DNA of 63,171 nucleotides, filler included, from Hausera hauseri (GCA_046269625.1; 11 parts of 11 records of this genome joined end to end with filler, not necessarily neighbours in it); one strand, 5' to 3'. Shown: positions 11,400-25,069, counted from the whole stretch's first letter. Notes: generated from the sequence alone by a model not told the origin. Made by a program: numbers and translations.

Positions 11400-14300
11400 T
11401 TCACGACTCCCTATGGATACTACCTCTTCTTTTCCATTTTTATTAATATAGACAGTGGTTGTGGTAATTCGGGTAACTTCGTAAGGTCCTCGTCCGGTAC
11501 GAGTAAGTTTTAATGACGTACCTTTCCTCGCGACTGAATAATGCACGTAGACCAAATTTCCTTTTCTAAATCGTGGAGTTTGGCTTTCGTATCGTGTTGT
11601 TTCTTAAACTGCTCTTGATATTTGAGAGTAAGTGTCTTTGCTATATCCCAACACTTTCGTAATCTCGTTTGTAAAACTTCTGCGAAATTCGTTTCTAAAT
11701 CTTCTGGGTTTGCGTGATAAGGAGTTATTCCTAAGTCAGTAGGTAATATTGCTTCGCGTCCATACATCATAAAAATGATGTAAATCCTGTGGCAGGATGT
11801 TGAGCTGTATTGATAGCAAATTATGTCCCTTCTAAAAATTCGTCCCAATCCTTTTGATCTTTCGCGGCTACCGTCAATAAGACTCGTAGAACCGTTGCGT
11901 TTATACTTTCGACCATTCCGTTGCACTGAGGATGATACGCGGTAGTGGTTACTCGTTCGATTTCGAAAATCTTAATGATTTTATCAAATAACTCGCTCGT
12001 AAAGTTCCTTCCTCTATCGGTTAATATTAGATCGGGGGTCCGTATTTGCAGATAACTTTCCTTACTACCGCATCTGCTAAAATTTCGGCCTTTTGATTGA
12101 TTAGTGCTATTAATTCGACGAAATGCGTTAGGCAATCCACGCACGTCATAATATATTTGTTGTTTTTATGAGTTGTGGGTAAGGGCCCTATTATATCCAT
12201 AGACATAGCTTGCATAGGTCTATCTGGTACATTGATCGGTTTTAATTCTGCTATGTAGTTTTTCACCGTCTTTTGTTTTGTTGTACAGACTTCGCAAGCA
12301 TTCATCCAGTTTTTCACGTCGATATAGACGTTTGACCAGAAACACTTATTCAATATTCTTTCTAATGTTTTCTTCCATGACATATGTCCAGATAATGTGA
12401 ATCATGTTCGGCCATTAATACTTCCATTCGTAATGCTTTTGGAATAACTACCAGCTTCCGTCCCTTTCGTTCGTAATATAAAATATCTCGATTCGATGCA
12501 TAATATTCATGTCCATGTCTTTGTAAGTGTCTCTTTAGTTGGCGTCCTTTCGGTATTTCATCTCGCTCGGCAAATTTGATTATTTGTTGAATAGCTTTAT
12601 TCTTGGCTTATTCTGAAGAAATTTTGATTTTTTATTTAGTGTTAAGGTCCGTTGTCGTTCTACTAATTCTTCCAGTTGAGCCTTCTTCATAGTGGCAATC
12701 GTACTTGTCTTGGTCTTAATTCTTGATATCGTATCTGCGTCAATATGTTTACTTCCGGATTTATATTGAAATTCGATACTCTATCGGGAGATTTCCTCGA
12801 TCCACCGATTTAGTCTACATGTCAGGATATTGTCCCATCCCTTTAACGTTGTAACAACCTTGTGATCGGTAACTATAATAATTTTCTGCCCGTAGACATA
12901 GGCATTAAAATGCCTTAAAGCTTCTTTCACGGCTAATGTCTCTAGTTCAGTGACTGAATAGTTTTTCTCAGCTTTCTTAAGCGATCTTCCTCCATATGCA
13001 ACTGGGTGTTCCAATTCTTTATCTTCTCGTTTCTGAGTCAATTCGTAACTAATTCCCTCTTTACTTGCGTCTGTTTTAATTACAAATGGTAAGTTGAAAT
13101 CAGGATATCTCAACACTGGTTCACTTGTTAAAATTTTCTTTATTTCATCGAACACTTTTTGTTCGATATCGGTCCATTTCCACTTGATTCCTTTTTTCAA
13201 TAACCGATATAATGGTACATTTATTTTCGAATTGTCTGGCACATAAGTGGCATAATATCCACATAGACATAGCCAATGCCTTAATTCTTTCTGATTTTGG
13301 GGTTCCATACAATTTGATATTTTGTTTAGTAAAGATTTATCCGGCTTCGACCCTCCTTCTCCGACCACATGTCCAAGATAAGATAAAGAATTTTGTGCCC
13401 ATTTACATTTCTTGGGGTTCAGTTTCAATCCTGCCTGTTCCAATCGCATAAGAGTATCATTGATGTCCTTTAGGTGTTTCTCTTCTGTTCTTGATGCTAT
13501 CATTACATAGTCTAAATATGCGAACGCATGATCGAGTCTCATTAGCATTTTATTCATCATTCTGGTGAAGATAGCTAGGCCGGTTGTTATACCGAACGGC
13601 ATGACCTTAAATTAGTAAACTCCGCCGTGCGTCTTAAACTCTGTTTTGTAATGCTCGTCTTCTTCAATATCTACTTGCCAGTATCCTGATTGTAAATCCA
13701 GTGTTTAACCATTTTGCTCCTGATAATCTGTCTAATAATTCTTCATTTACTGACGGTAGTGGGAACGAGTCTTTCATCATAAGCGTGTTCAAGGCTCTGT
13801 AATCTAGACAGAATCGATGTTTGGTGGTACCTTTTTTCTTGATCATAAGTATTGGAGAGTACCAAGATCGGTAGCTTGGTCGTATTATGTCGGCCTTCAA
13901 CATGCATTCTACCCCTTTGGTTATTTCGGGCCTTAATGAGTGAGGCCGTGGGTACCATTTTGGCATCTTTTGCACTTCCAAATCGATTTCATCATTGGAG
14001 CCAACTTTCTTTTTTAATGGAATGGTTAACCTTAAGGTTTTTGCTCTACCTATATCCTCTTCATTTTGGGCAATAATTGATTTATATCTGCATAGTAATT
14101 CATAAAATTGACAGTATGCTTCTGGTGAAAACTTTGTTTCGACATGATGTGGAAATTCGGCACACTTTTATGGTTTTTCTTTGATTGTTATTGCCGATAC
14201 CTTATAAGTACGACCCAATGTAGTATTGGCATATGACTTTACGGGAGTCGGCGCATTATTCATCAATCTGACTGGTACTCTTCCTGTCGTTACTCTTGTC

Positions 14301-15457
14301 AAAATGTTACTAAGTATGATATTTGGATTAACGTCTTCTTGTGGTTCAAAATATACTGATTGGTCGTCCTCTTCGCAAATTTGAGCATAAGTTAGCATTT
14401 CGGTTCTGGGCGGAATATTTTCGTCGATAGGGATCCCTACTTCTTGTTTTCTTTCTTTCATTGTTTTAATACCTTTCACTGGTCCGAGTTCAAGTAATTT
14501 TCCGGTCTGTAAGTTTATTGCGATATTGGGTAGTTATTTCAATATGTCGCAACCTATCACTACAACGTCGGTTAATTGATCCATTATGGCAAAATCGTGT
14601 CGAAGGATTTGACCCATCAATTGGATTAAAGGACTCCATTTAAACTTTGGTTTGGGTTCTTGCCCGAAGGCTCCTATGCTGCCTGGATCTAACGATGATG
14701 CTGGCTGCAGTTGTTTTCGTAGCGTCGGCGGTACTGATTCTAATTTTATAAATGATTTCTCCGATCCGGTGTTTATTAAGGCATAAACTTCCCAATCTTC
14801 AATGGTAACTTTTGTGAAGGGTTTTCCTTCCATAATTGACGTATAACAACTCGACACGTCCTTTGGTCGTTTAATTGAAGAAATCTTATGTCCGTTTATC
14901 GTTATCTCTGGTGATGAAATAATATTCTCGGTCAGTTGCTTCAGTTATTCGTTAGGGTATAAGTCGTTAACTGCCATATTATTCGCATTGTTTCTAATTA
15001 ATGGTTCTTGTACTATTGGGTTTTGGTACGATTTCATTCCTGTAGTTCCCCAGACTGTTAATTTTGTCTCTATATTGTGAGCTATTCTCGGTGAGTACAA
15101 TATCCCATGGTCATACTCCGCTCGATGTTGATTGGTGATTTGCATTTTCTTTAATACTCCATATTGTTTTATCCCTTCATAAGTATCTTCATAGCTAAAG
15201 GGTTTCTGACAGAATGCCCATCTATATGATACCATAGGTGTTTTGTCACAATCCTCGTATATCGGAGCCGTTGGCGGCATGATAGGTAAGGGTGTTCTAA
15301 TCTCTGAATACTTTCTATGTCTATTTTGTCCGAGGATTTCTTCTCCTCCCTTAGGCTCGTCATCATCAGAGTTATTTCTTCGTGTCCTTGCTTTCTCGGC
15401 CTTGCTTTTTAATCGAAATATGGGTCTTGCACATCGTTTGTCATTATAGTAACGTCA
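11400..15457 (-). mobile_element. Ty3/gypsy pol (PR-RT-RH-IN), decayed, with an upstream linker homologous to the post-glycoprotein linker at 51800-52480
   Basis: PR ALI(N)TGSE (14534-14857); RT SWYSPILMIKKK..RFCLDYRALN and AYLDY (mutated YxDD); RH KTDAS..ELETLA..VTDHK; IN SMDIIGP, LTDRGRNF, PQCNGMVES; GPY module GPYEV. Confidence 0.93.
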
Positions 15458-15557
15458 NNNNNNNNNNNNNNNNNNNNNNNNNNNNNNNNNNNNNNNNNNN
15501 NTTAATTAATTAANNNNNNNNNNNNNNNNNNNNNNNNNNNNNNNNNNNNNNNNNNNN

Positions 15558-17740
15558 CAATAACAGAAGGATAAGGTAAAAATGTTGCGAAACAAGGTAC
15601 AACATCTTCTTCGTCATGAAAAGAAACCGCTCTTTACAAAGATGGTGCACGATAAAAGTAACAGCAAGAGCGTATGGATAGTAATAAATACATTGACACA
15701 TAAAACAAAAACACAGAGTGTATCAAACAGATGCTCCACTACAGAAGAACAGTTTTGTAACGATTTTAAGACAGAAATACATAATCTGAAATCATCTATA
15801 ATACATACTAATTGTGACATAAGTAAACTAACAGACTTCTGCAACAACAGACAGGACACAAAGATACTAGGACAGATTCCTTTTCAAACAGTCCACGAGG
15901 TCTATCAACATCTCACGTCACTCCTCAGGACTGGATGGTCTAAGCTATAGAATTGTACGCTATGCAGCGCCAGTCATTTGTGACTCATTAACATTCATAA
16001 ACAATAAATGCATTGCTTATAACTATTTCCCAACAGCTTCTTAAATTGCAAAAGTGTATCCCCTCCACAATTCAAGTTCACATAATGATCCCAACAACTA
16101 CAGACCCATATCACTCTTATCGACGTTATCCAATCCACTAGAAAAACACATTTACAACACTACAACATTAAACAACAACTGAACTTATAAATGAAAACCA
16201 ATCGGGTTCAGACCCAGACACACCCGCCACACTGCTCGTACTAAAATTATGGACTGATATCCACAGTCCACAAGCTGATATAAACGATAGTAGGTGATGT
16301 GGCACTGTCTTTGTTGATTTCAAGAAGTCTTTCGATTCTGTTGACCGTACAATCTTGATGCAATAATTGGGGGAAATCAAGTTAGGCCAGCCACTGTTCG
16401 ATTTTTTAAGATCGTTTCTAACAGTCAGATGGCAACACATATTTCACAACCACTCCATGCCAGGCTGCACCAATGTTGATACTGGTGACCCCAAGGCTCC
16501 ATCCTTGGACCTTTATTTTTCTCCATATATATAAATGATCTCCCCCTACAATTTACAGATTCAACCTGCGACCTGTTTGCAGACGACTGCACCATATACA
16601 CAAGCGAAACAGACTGTCAAACACTAGAAAATTCACTGCAACACAACTTGGACACACTTTCCACTTGGAGTAAAATGAACCACATGCCTATAAATATTTC
16701 AAAAACAAAAGCAATGTTAATTACAACTAGACAAAAGTCTCAAAACTTACCGAAGCAAAAACTGCAGTTAAGCATTGAAACCACACCCATTGATAATGTA
16801 GCGGAACATAAAGTATTAGGAATCACAATAGACCAACACTTAACATGGCAAGCGCACGTTCAACACCTTACTAAAAATTTAGCCAAGAAAACATACCAAC
16901 TAACAAAAATAAAACACTTCTTAGACACAGACACACGTCTACTCTTCTTCACGTCACATATACAAACACATCTTGACTACTGCTCAACACTTTGGGATGG
17001 CTGCGCAGCTTCCGTGACAAAAAGACTCCACTCTATACATAAACGAGCTGTGCGTTTAATTACTGACAAATATCCGCAACAGACTACTAACACGTCTAAT
17101 ATTTTGTCATTAAAGAAACGTTTACTCTACAACAAAGCCAAATTAACTCATACAATTTTATCAAACAATGCCCCCTCATATCTAAAACAGCTCTTTATCA
17201 CAAGTAGAAGAGAGGGTCTAAAATTAAATCACCTCCTGCTCCAGAAACCCAGGATTGATCTCTATAAGAAAAGTCTTGCATATTCTGGAGCACGTCTGTG
17301 GAATAGCCTCCCACACTGTATTAAAATCCAGTCTACTAGTTACTGCTTTAATAAAGCACTCTTGAAATAAACACTGACTATCTACCGCCATAACTTCAAT
17401 CCTATTGTCTCCTTCTTGGCTGATTACTCCAACTTTGCACTCATCTGAAATCTTATTGGTATTTTTTAAATATTACTGTGTGTTAATTACTGATTCTGAT
17501 TAAAAAAAAAAACATTTTATCCACGTGATCAGTTCGGTTCATTTTATTGCTTTTATTATCACCAGTGTTATTATAATCATTATTTATTATTATTATTATT
17601 GTTTGTCTTTATTTGTATTATTAGCTTTATAGTCTTTATTTATTAGACAATGTAAGAAAGGACAGAATGTAACACGGGACTAGCACCTAATTCTAAACCC
17701 TTTACACATAAAGTGTGTTTGTTTAGTTGTTTGTTTGTTT
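15558..17740 (+). mobile_element. CR1-group (L2/Crack-like) LINE, 3' ORF2 RT region and 3' tail, degenerate
   Basis: NYRPISLL, FVDFKKSFDSVD, PQGSILGPLFFSIYINDLP, LFADDCT, C-terminal KKSLAYSGARLWNSLP; (TTA)n and (GTTT)n tail to about 17740. Confidence 0.9.
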
Positions 17741-18312
17741 TACAAGTGTTAGGTAGACTCCGGAATCATTGTTTGTTTTGAGATCATCATCATCAGGTGA
17801 CACACTGTGAGATGTAGGCCGTCATGGATCTCAATTTCTCGAGATACCTGGTGTTCCCAGTCATCTCTGCTGTTGACTACTTCCGAGTCATTCTTTCGAA
17901 CCATCCAGACACTTCATTCTTTTCGTCCATTACTTCTATTTCCTGGTATTTTGCCTGTGGTGACCAAGTTCTCCAGAACTTTCTCTTCTTAAACATAAGC
18001 AGTCTAAATAGCATTAAGCATTGCACTAAAGTCTGAAGGATCTCAGTCCACCTCCCAGACACCACCGGGACAGCAGGAAAGCTCAGCTACCCTCCTCCAC
18101 AGTCCTTCTTAGAGCTTAAACAGCCCTTCTCAGGGCTCATCCAGATGTGCTGTTGCTTGGTGATGTGGACACTGACCAACAACAACATATTCTTATATGA
18201 AGGATTCAAGAGATTTGAGAATCCTTAAGGATTCAGATTTGAGAGAACTTATGATTTGTTTCATTTGTGGAATAAACCATACCTTAAACATTTATGTAAA
18301 ATAAAAAAAAAG

Positions 18313-18420
18313 CCACATGCACTCACACAAAAACATACAAACTCTCACACCTATTCTCTTACACACACCCACATGTGCACACATAGAATTACACACACGC
18401 ATGCGCACACACGCGCGCAC
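18313..18420 (+). repeat. Imperfect (CA)n-rich microsatellite
   Basis: acacacaccc, acacacacgc atgcgcacac acgcgcgcac. Confidence 0.7.
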
Positions 18421-18519
18421 TTGCTGGCTCACTTGCTAGCTCACTTCCTAACTCTCCATTACTTGTTGAGGTGCAGACATTGTAATACTGAGGAAGAAAC
18501 CACTTCCAACAGCATGCAG

Positions 18520-18900
18520 ACAAAGATTGATGTGTGCAAAAATTCCCTGAACCTGGTAACTAAAGAGGACATTAACACAGCAAAACAGATAATAAAAAAT
18601 AATTGTAGAGAAGATTGGATGAATGTGTGGACACAAGCTAAAACTGGAAGGAAGATTTTCAGACACCTTTCAGCCCCCAACAGTGAAGATGCTATCAAGA
18701 TTGAATGAAAGTACCAAACACAGATCTTCAAGTTGAGAACTAGCCACTCTACACTAAATGCTTACAGAAACAGACTAAACCCACAGACCATAGCAAGATG
18801 CAGACATTGTACACACCAAAATGAAACAGTGGAGCACCACCTGCTGTCTTGTTCCACACTCCAGGAGCTAAGATAGACTTTACTTCATGACAACCCAAAC
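18520..18900 (+). mobile_element. 3' fragment of an I-group/RNase H-type LINE ORF2 with C-terminal zinc knuckle
   Basis: W..W...KTGR, QTQIFKLRTSHSTLNAY..RL..CRHCTHQNETVEHHLLSC (Cx2Cx8Hx4C). Confidence 0.7.
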
Positions 18901-19115
18901 ATAGACATAATGGTATCAAACATGACTGTGGATCAAAAACAAAGACATCACACACTACTTGTCTCTTGTTTTCCAAGGAATGACTTAGATTTCTGTTGTT
19001 TGTTTTCAGTCCTTGCATCATGTGGTTGCAGACTCTGCATTCTGTGTCTGAGTTATGTTGCTTGTTTATTGTTGCCGTTTAAACAATAATTTGTGTATTT
19101 TTATTTATATTTCAG

Positions 19116-19640
19116 GCATTTGTCATTTGCCAAGAACTACTGGCTGACCACAGAGAAGCTTCAAGTCTATATAAGACCTGTTGTAGATAAAATTGAAAGA
19201 TTGAACTTGAACACATGCTATTGGCTGCGTTCTTCAGGTTTAGACATCCTTTCAAAATGCACAAATGTGTCTTCACTGCATCTAATACAGGTGCGAGTGT
19301 CATTCAAAAATTTGTGCAATATTATGTCCTGTCTTCACAACCTCACTAGTTTATCTTTTTCAATCTCTGACATTAGAGATCTGCACCCAGAGCTGTCAGC
19401 GTCACCAGGTGCCCAAGAATGTTTGGCTCGGCTTATATCTCTGGGTCTGCATTTTCGTCATCAGTTAGTTTATTCAAATCGACCTGTAATTAATTTTTGC
19501 TCTGGGCCAACGATATTTGAATACTGTCGAAGCTTGGAGGAGTTTCATGTATATGGTTTTCCGAGTAATGCAAGAGGAATTCCTAAATACATCTTTCAGC
19601 CTCAGATTTTAAAACCTGAAAACTTGAAAAATGTCCATGC
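19116..19640 (+). CDS. FBXL18: Internal exon of an F-box/LRR protein 18-like gene
   Basis: Acceptor tttatatttcag at 19104-19115; LRR text KIERLNLNTCYWL..LSKCTNV..MSCLHNLTSLSF resembles FBXL18 (CYWL..LQHLRSL). 3' boundary uncertain. Confidence 0.6.
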
Positions 19641-20383
19641 ATATGCACATTTCTACAATGAAATGAGTAAACTTGTAGGGAATCATGGCCTTCCTAGGCG
19701 AAAGCCAAGGCCTCCGGTACTTGCATGCAGCAGCACCTTCGGTTGAATTTTGTAGCCGAATGTAAATTACGAACATGCAAATCTGATTTATGCAAATCTC
19801 TGATCGGCTACCGACTTTAAAAGGTGGTCGAAACAGAGTCAATGGGCGAGCACGAAAAGTGCATTAATGTAAGAGGGGTTAGCACTCTGCTCCCCGAATA
19901 TTATAACGATTTAATTAAATTTTAAGCAGCAAGTTTACTCAAGTCATGTAACAATATTTACCCAATAAATGAGTAGTAAAAAGCTCTCTACAAGTACCCG
20001 TTATCCATACTACTCTGATCTCAGTTTGTAAACTCTACAGTATCCCGAAAAAGATGAATAATCCGAAATGACTCATCGATACGTTTAATTGTTATAACAG
20101 TCGTGTGTGGGTGTCGTAAGTCAAGGAGTGCTGCATTGATTTTGTATCATCCATCCAGTTTTCATTGTTGAGTTCAAATGGGTTAAATACAAAAATTCGA
20201 TATGCAATGGGAAAGAAAATGCTACATCAAACGGTAGTTAGCATAAGGTAGTGTAAACAAATCTCAACTAAATTTAATATCTCNNNNNNNNNNNNNNNNN
20301 NNNNNNNNNNNNNNNNNNNNNNNNNNNTTAATTAATTAANNNNNNNNNNNNNNNNNNNNNNNNNNNNNNNNNNNNNNNNNNNN

Positions 20384-20712
20384 AATGTGAATTACATCAG
20401 TTTGGGTCGGAATGCGGATTTCGTTGAGACATACAAGCAGGATTTCGAGACCGGCGATTACGTTTGCACATATATGTAGTCTATCGTGCGCAACATGGGT
20501 TTGCTGAACAAAAACATCAAAAATGGCATCCATTCTCCACCTTTGTCCTAGCTCCAGATTATGACGTTGAACAGACTCAACTACCTCAGCAGGGAAACTT
20601 ACGATTGGAGGTTCACTTTGTTAAAGCGTTGGAGCAATCTACCGTGATGTACATTTACGGTGTATTTGATGTCTAGGTGGAAATGACGAAAAACGGAACC
20701 GTCATTGTATAA
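20384..20712 (+). pseudogene. Polinton/adintovirus major capsid protein, C-terminal fragment
   Basis: FVLAPD..QGNLRLEVHF..L..MYIYGVF..VEMTKNG fits the Polinton MCP C-terminal pattern FDLTPD..G.LRLE..F..VY.EF..IEID; directly followed by the protease. Confidence 0.75.
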
Positions 20713-20773
20713 ATAAAACCTTCTTCTTCTTCCTCTTTGTATCATGAAGTAATTTATTACCATTATTACTATT

Positions 20774-21151
20774 ATGATTTAATCACGTTTTACGTTTAGC
20801 TCAACTGAACTTAGTCACTATGGAAAACTGCTCTTGGGTGTGAAATTCCGGCGTGTGTTTCCACTGGACCATGTGCCGCGTGACTTACGACAAAATGGTG
20901 GAGGAGGTTTTATCGTCAATACACACAGTTCATCGTTACCGGGCGAACATTGGATTGCAGTTTACGTACATCCGACCGTCGTGAAGTTATTCGATCCGCT
21001 TGGGTTTTATTACCCGTCATCGTTAGTTTCTCAAATTGAAGGACAATCATATCATCGTGTTGAATATAATCGACTTCATTATCAACATCCACTTACCGTA
21101 TTGTATGGACATTACGGCATATTGTGGCTTACATTACAGGCATTATTGTGA
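20774..21151 (+). pseudogene. Adenain-like (Polinton) cysteine protease
   Basis: FRRVFPLD..FIVNT..PGEHWIAV..FDPLG..YN..YQ. The expected catalytic CGxYC reads YGHYG; early stop after the ATG at 20774. Confidence 0.85.
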
Positions 21152-22029
21152 ACGTATTCCGTTTTTTTGAATGGATAGACAGACTGTTTTTGTGATTTTG
21201 AAATATACAACTTGTTATATTGCTGTTGCTGTTGTTATATCATTTCAATATCTCTGTTACATATTTGGTGGCGGTGGTACTCATTAGATTCTAGGCAGAC
21301 GGTACCCAGTGTCACCACCACTACCTCTTTGTGAGTAGTAGTAGTACTCAATTATGAGCTCCTGATAATTTGTGCGTTCGGTTTTAAGCGTCGTCGTCGT
21401 CGTACAAAATAAACTTCACGATTTTTCAACAAAAAATGAAAGAATATACAACAATGGCTTTTTAACAATGCGTCTTTCGATTGCATTTTTCACCCGGATC
21501 CGTTGGTCTGATCGTGAAGCGGTTATATGAAATTTTCCCCAACTTATGGGCAATGTATGAGACCCATTTCCATCACCGGAAGACTTGAACATGGGGAAAT
21601 TTTACCCGACGGAAAATTTCCCAACCGGTTTTCCCCATGTTCCCTTGGTCGGACGATGAGGAAACCGTGTCCATTCGACTTGCCAACATGAATTTTACAT
21701 CTATACAAAATTTCGGTATACCAGCAACATGTGTTGCGTTGCCAGTTTCACATTGCCCGTTTTTATTCTCCCCCCTCCTATGCCGCTAGGTTGCATTTTT
21801 TGGGTTTGCGACGCTGTTACCTTTTGTTCGCCATGTCCGGCTCGACCGATTGGTTTCAGTTCAAAGTCAATTGCCCAACCTTCTTCTTTCCCGGGGGGGG
21901 TCTCCGACCATCAGACATCAAATGCTCAGAATTGCGAGATACGTGGGAAAAACTGGTTTCCAGCTCGATCTCATCACTTTTTGGGAAGTGGTTAGGAGAG
22001 GACACTTCTACCTACTCCCATGTTACAAA

Positions 22030-22500
22030 GAGTCATGTATACGACGTGATTTCTCACAATAGCTTAAAATGCTCACGTTAAAAACTGTCATGTATACGAC
22101 TGACCAATCACGTGACAGTAACGTGATACACCCACGCGTCACGCACTGCACGTAATCAGTCACATGACTGCCACGTGATTCGAAAAACCAAGAACGCCTT
22201 TGCTCCAACACATTCCGTCCGGTCCCACAGGCCCATGTTGGATATAGACCTCTTCTTTTTGACCGACTTTCCCGCCTCACCGCTTCACCCAACCCAGACG
22301 TTATGTACATCATTTGAACGCCCGTACTCTAAACTACAATTCCACTCATCTATGTCTGCTCAAATTTTGCTCCTGGAAGAAGTTGCTTTTTTTCTTTTGC
22401 ATTTCCCGGCTTTGTTTCAAGTGCTGCCGCGGGGTACTGTGCACATTCGAACTCGTCGTGTGCCAGTTGACCGGAAACCACGTGACTCTCACGTGATGCG
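22030..22500. promoter_or_regulatory. Cluster of CACGTG/TCACGTGA E-box-like motifs and short direct repeats
   Basis: CACGTG at 22109, 22172, 22479 and 22490, plus variants; GTCATGTATACGAC at 22032 and 22087. Confidence 0.35.
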
Positions 22501-22620
22501 TAAGTTAACCCCCCCTCCCGCTGAGCTAAAACGCTCTTTTCCCCCAACTCGTACTCTAGCACAAAAAAGGAATTTTACAGCTCAGTATCAATTTCAGACA
22601 TTAGCGACGGTAATTACAAT

Positions 22621-23330
22621 CCTGCGCTAAATGTATGGCACGTTTGCAATTGTAAAACGATTAGTGACTACAGCGACACATTTCTTAAAACAGATGTGTT
22701 ACTGCTCGCCGACATATCGGACAGCCTCAAAGATGTTACCATGAAAAATCACAAACAAGACCCAGAACATTTCTTTACTGATCCCAGAATGTCAAAGGCA
22801 GCAATGCTCAGATATACTGGAGTGAAATTGCAGATACTCAAGGACTACAATATGATATTGATGCTCGAAAGAAGGATTCGTGGAAGAATTTTCCAAGTAG
22901 TCCATCGGCACGAAGAGGTAAAAAATCATTATATGTAAAATTACGATGAAACAAAACCTTCATCTTTCATAGCATATCTGAAGGCTAACAACTTGTACAG
23001 TTGGGCAATGAGTTTCACCTTCCCATGTGATAATTTTAAATGGGTAGAATATCCTGATAGATTAGATATCATGAGCATTACCGATGATGCTGAAAAGGAA
23101 TATATCTTTGAGGTAGATATTCACTACGATTGGCTTCAACATCCAGAACATGATCAGTTGCCTCTTCTACCAGAATCAAAAAACCACCTGGTGAAAAGTT
23201 CAGAAAATTATTAACCCATTTGGGTGACATGGATCGATACGTAGTGCATTACATAAATTTTCAGCAGGCTATCTGGAATGGTCTCATTGTCACCAAAGTG
23301 CATATGGCTTTGCAGTTCACTCAATCCTAT
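22621..23330 (+). pseudogene. Second pPolB fragment (exonuclease III to palm)
   Basis: DY..FLKTDVLLLADI, RIRG, AYLKANNLYSWAMS, YIFEVDIHY, LPLLPE, YVVHYIN..QFTQS. Confidence 0.88.
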
Positions 23331-24569
23331 TTTGGAATTTGTGCTGGTTTGGGATTTTCTTGTACGTAATCAAAGTCACACTAGAACCAATTATAGAGCG
23401 ATTAAAAATAAACGGTGTGAATTACTTTTATTTCATCATCAAACAATAAAGTACAATAAGATGGATCCTTTCATCTTTTGATTAATGGGTTAAACGTTCT
23501 TATCTTTTGTTCATACGCCTTGTACACATCTATCAATTTTGAAATATCCGTGACCTTAAATGACCTCATGTGACAAATTCCGATTCACCCCATGGGGAGA
23601 TAAGCAATAAATTGCGATTCACCCAATCAGGGAGATAACGAATAAGTACAGATTCCGATTTACCCCATCGTCAAATTGACTTTTGTTTTAACGCATCAAT
23701 TTAATTAAAGTGGGTCATGTAGGGAGTTTCCTCCAGATAACCCATTTTTCCACTACTAATAGGAAACGAAAAATTCACCTAACTTTACAATGTTTTATTT
23801 TTATGTTTTGTAAAGAAAATCAAAATACGTTGTTAGACTTTATAATTTAAATAAATTTCAATATTGTAAATTTCCAATTCACCTAAATTAATTTTTTACG
23901 TAATATATTAGGATTTTAAATTTTTGAATGTCCCTAAAAACAAAATAATTTGGTCGATTTAACATTTGAAGAGAATATTTATGAGGCAAATTAAAAAACT
24001 ATTGAAATTCTTATAAAACATTTTAAGAAATTTTGGAATAAAAATTTAATTTGGTTTAAAAATTTAATCAATGTTTGATAGTTAAACTGAGTAAAATAAA
24101 TTGTTTTAAATTATTAATACATTATGTACGCTTTTATGTTAATTACGAACCACTGTCTGGTAAATTGATTGATTAATTGGTATAATGCATTTTAATAATA
24201 TTGAGGGAGCAACAATGCACGGTTTGCAATGCATTTCAGCCCTATCTGCCCTCCCAGGCGACCGCCAATACGGAGTTTAAATAGAACGAGCCACATTTAT
24301 TTAAAGGAAATTAGCGTCACTGATTTATTATCTGTATATGTCAAATACAATTAACAAATTAAAAGGAAAATCAAAGTTTGGCTTATTGATAAAGTTTAAA
24401 AATGTCTGGTAACCATTTATTGGTATCACTGACAAGGGCGTATGCAGGAGGGAAGAGTAAACCCCTTCCCAAAAATTCGAAAATTAACTAAAGTCGTCAT
24501 ATTCGCTGGGCACAGCAGCGTGCCAAGGGTGTTCCCAAAAAAGGATTATTTAATGGATGCCACAAAACT

Positions 24570-24969
24570 CGTGCCAATCACAATTTGCGCCAATCACAAT
24601 TCGTGCCAATCACAATTCGTGCCAATCACAATTCGTGCCAATCACAATTTGCGTCAATCACAATTCGTGCCAATCACAATTCGTGCCAATCACAATTTGC
24701 GCCAATCACAATTTGCGCCAATCACAATTCGTGCCAATCACAATTCGTGCCAATCACAATTTGCGTCAATCACAATTCGTGCCAATCACAACCTGCGCCA
24801 ATCACAATTTGCGTCAATCACAATTCGTGCCAATCACAATTCGTGCCAATCACAATTTGCGCCAATCATAACTCGTGCCAATCACAATTCGTGCCAATCA
24901 CAATTTGCGCCAATCACAATTCGTGCCAATCACAATTCGTGCCAATCACAATTTGCGTCAATCACAATT
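24570..24969 (+). repeat. 16-bp tandem repeat (about 25 copies, runs into the gap)
   Basis: Unit GCCAATCACAATTCGT, with variants GCCAATCACAATTTGC and GTCAATCACAATTCGT. Confidence 0.97.
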
Positions 24970-25069
24970 NNNNNNNNNNNNNNNNNNNNNNNNNNNNNNN
25001 NNNNNNNNNNNNNTTAATTAATTAANNNNNNNNNNNNNNNNNNNNNNNNNNNNNNNNNNNNNNNNNNNN

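Noticed and set aside
15263-15274. PTAP late domain in the linker before protease
   Set aside because: Suggestive, but the homologous site in contig 9 reads TSAL, so it is not supported as conserved.
18256-18708. 150-aa His/Thr-rich ORF
   Set aside because: CA microsatellite read-through joined to a LINE fragment.
21729-22630. Overlapping ORFs in the GC-richer block
   Set aside because: Open in several frames with no protein-like features; better explained as non-coding repeat or regulatory DNA.
24442-25025. Repetitive ORFs in three frames, or a CRISPR-like array
   Set aside because: Pure 16-bp tandem repeat without spacers; it is open only because the unit lacks stop codons.
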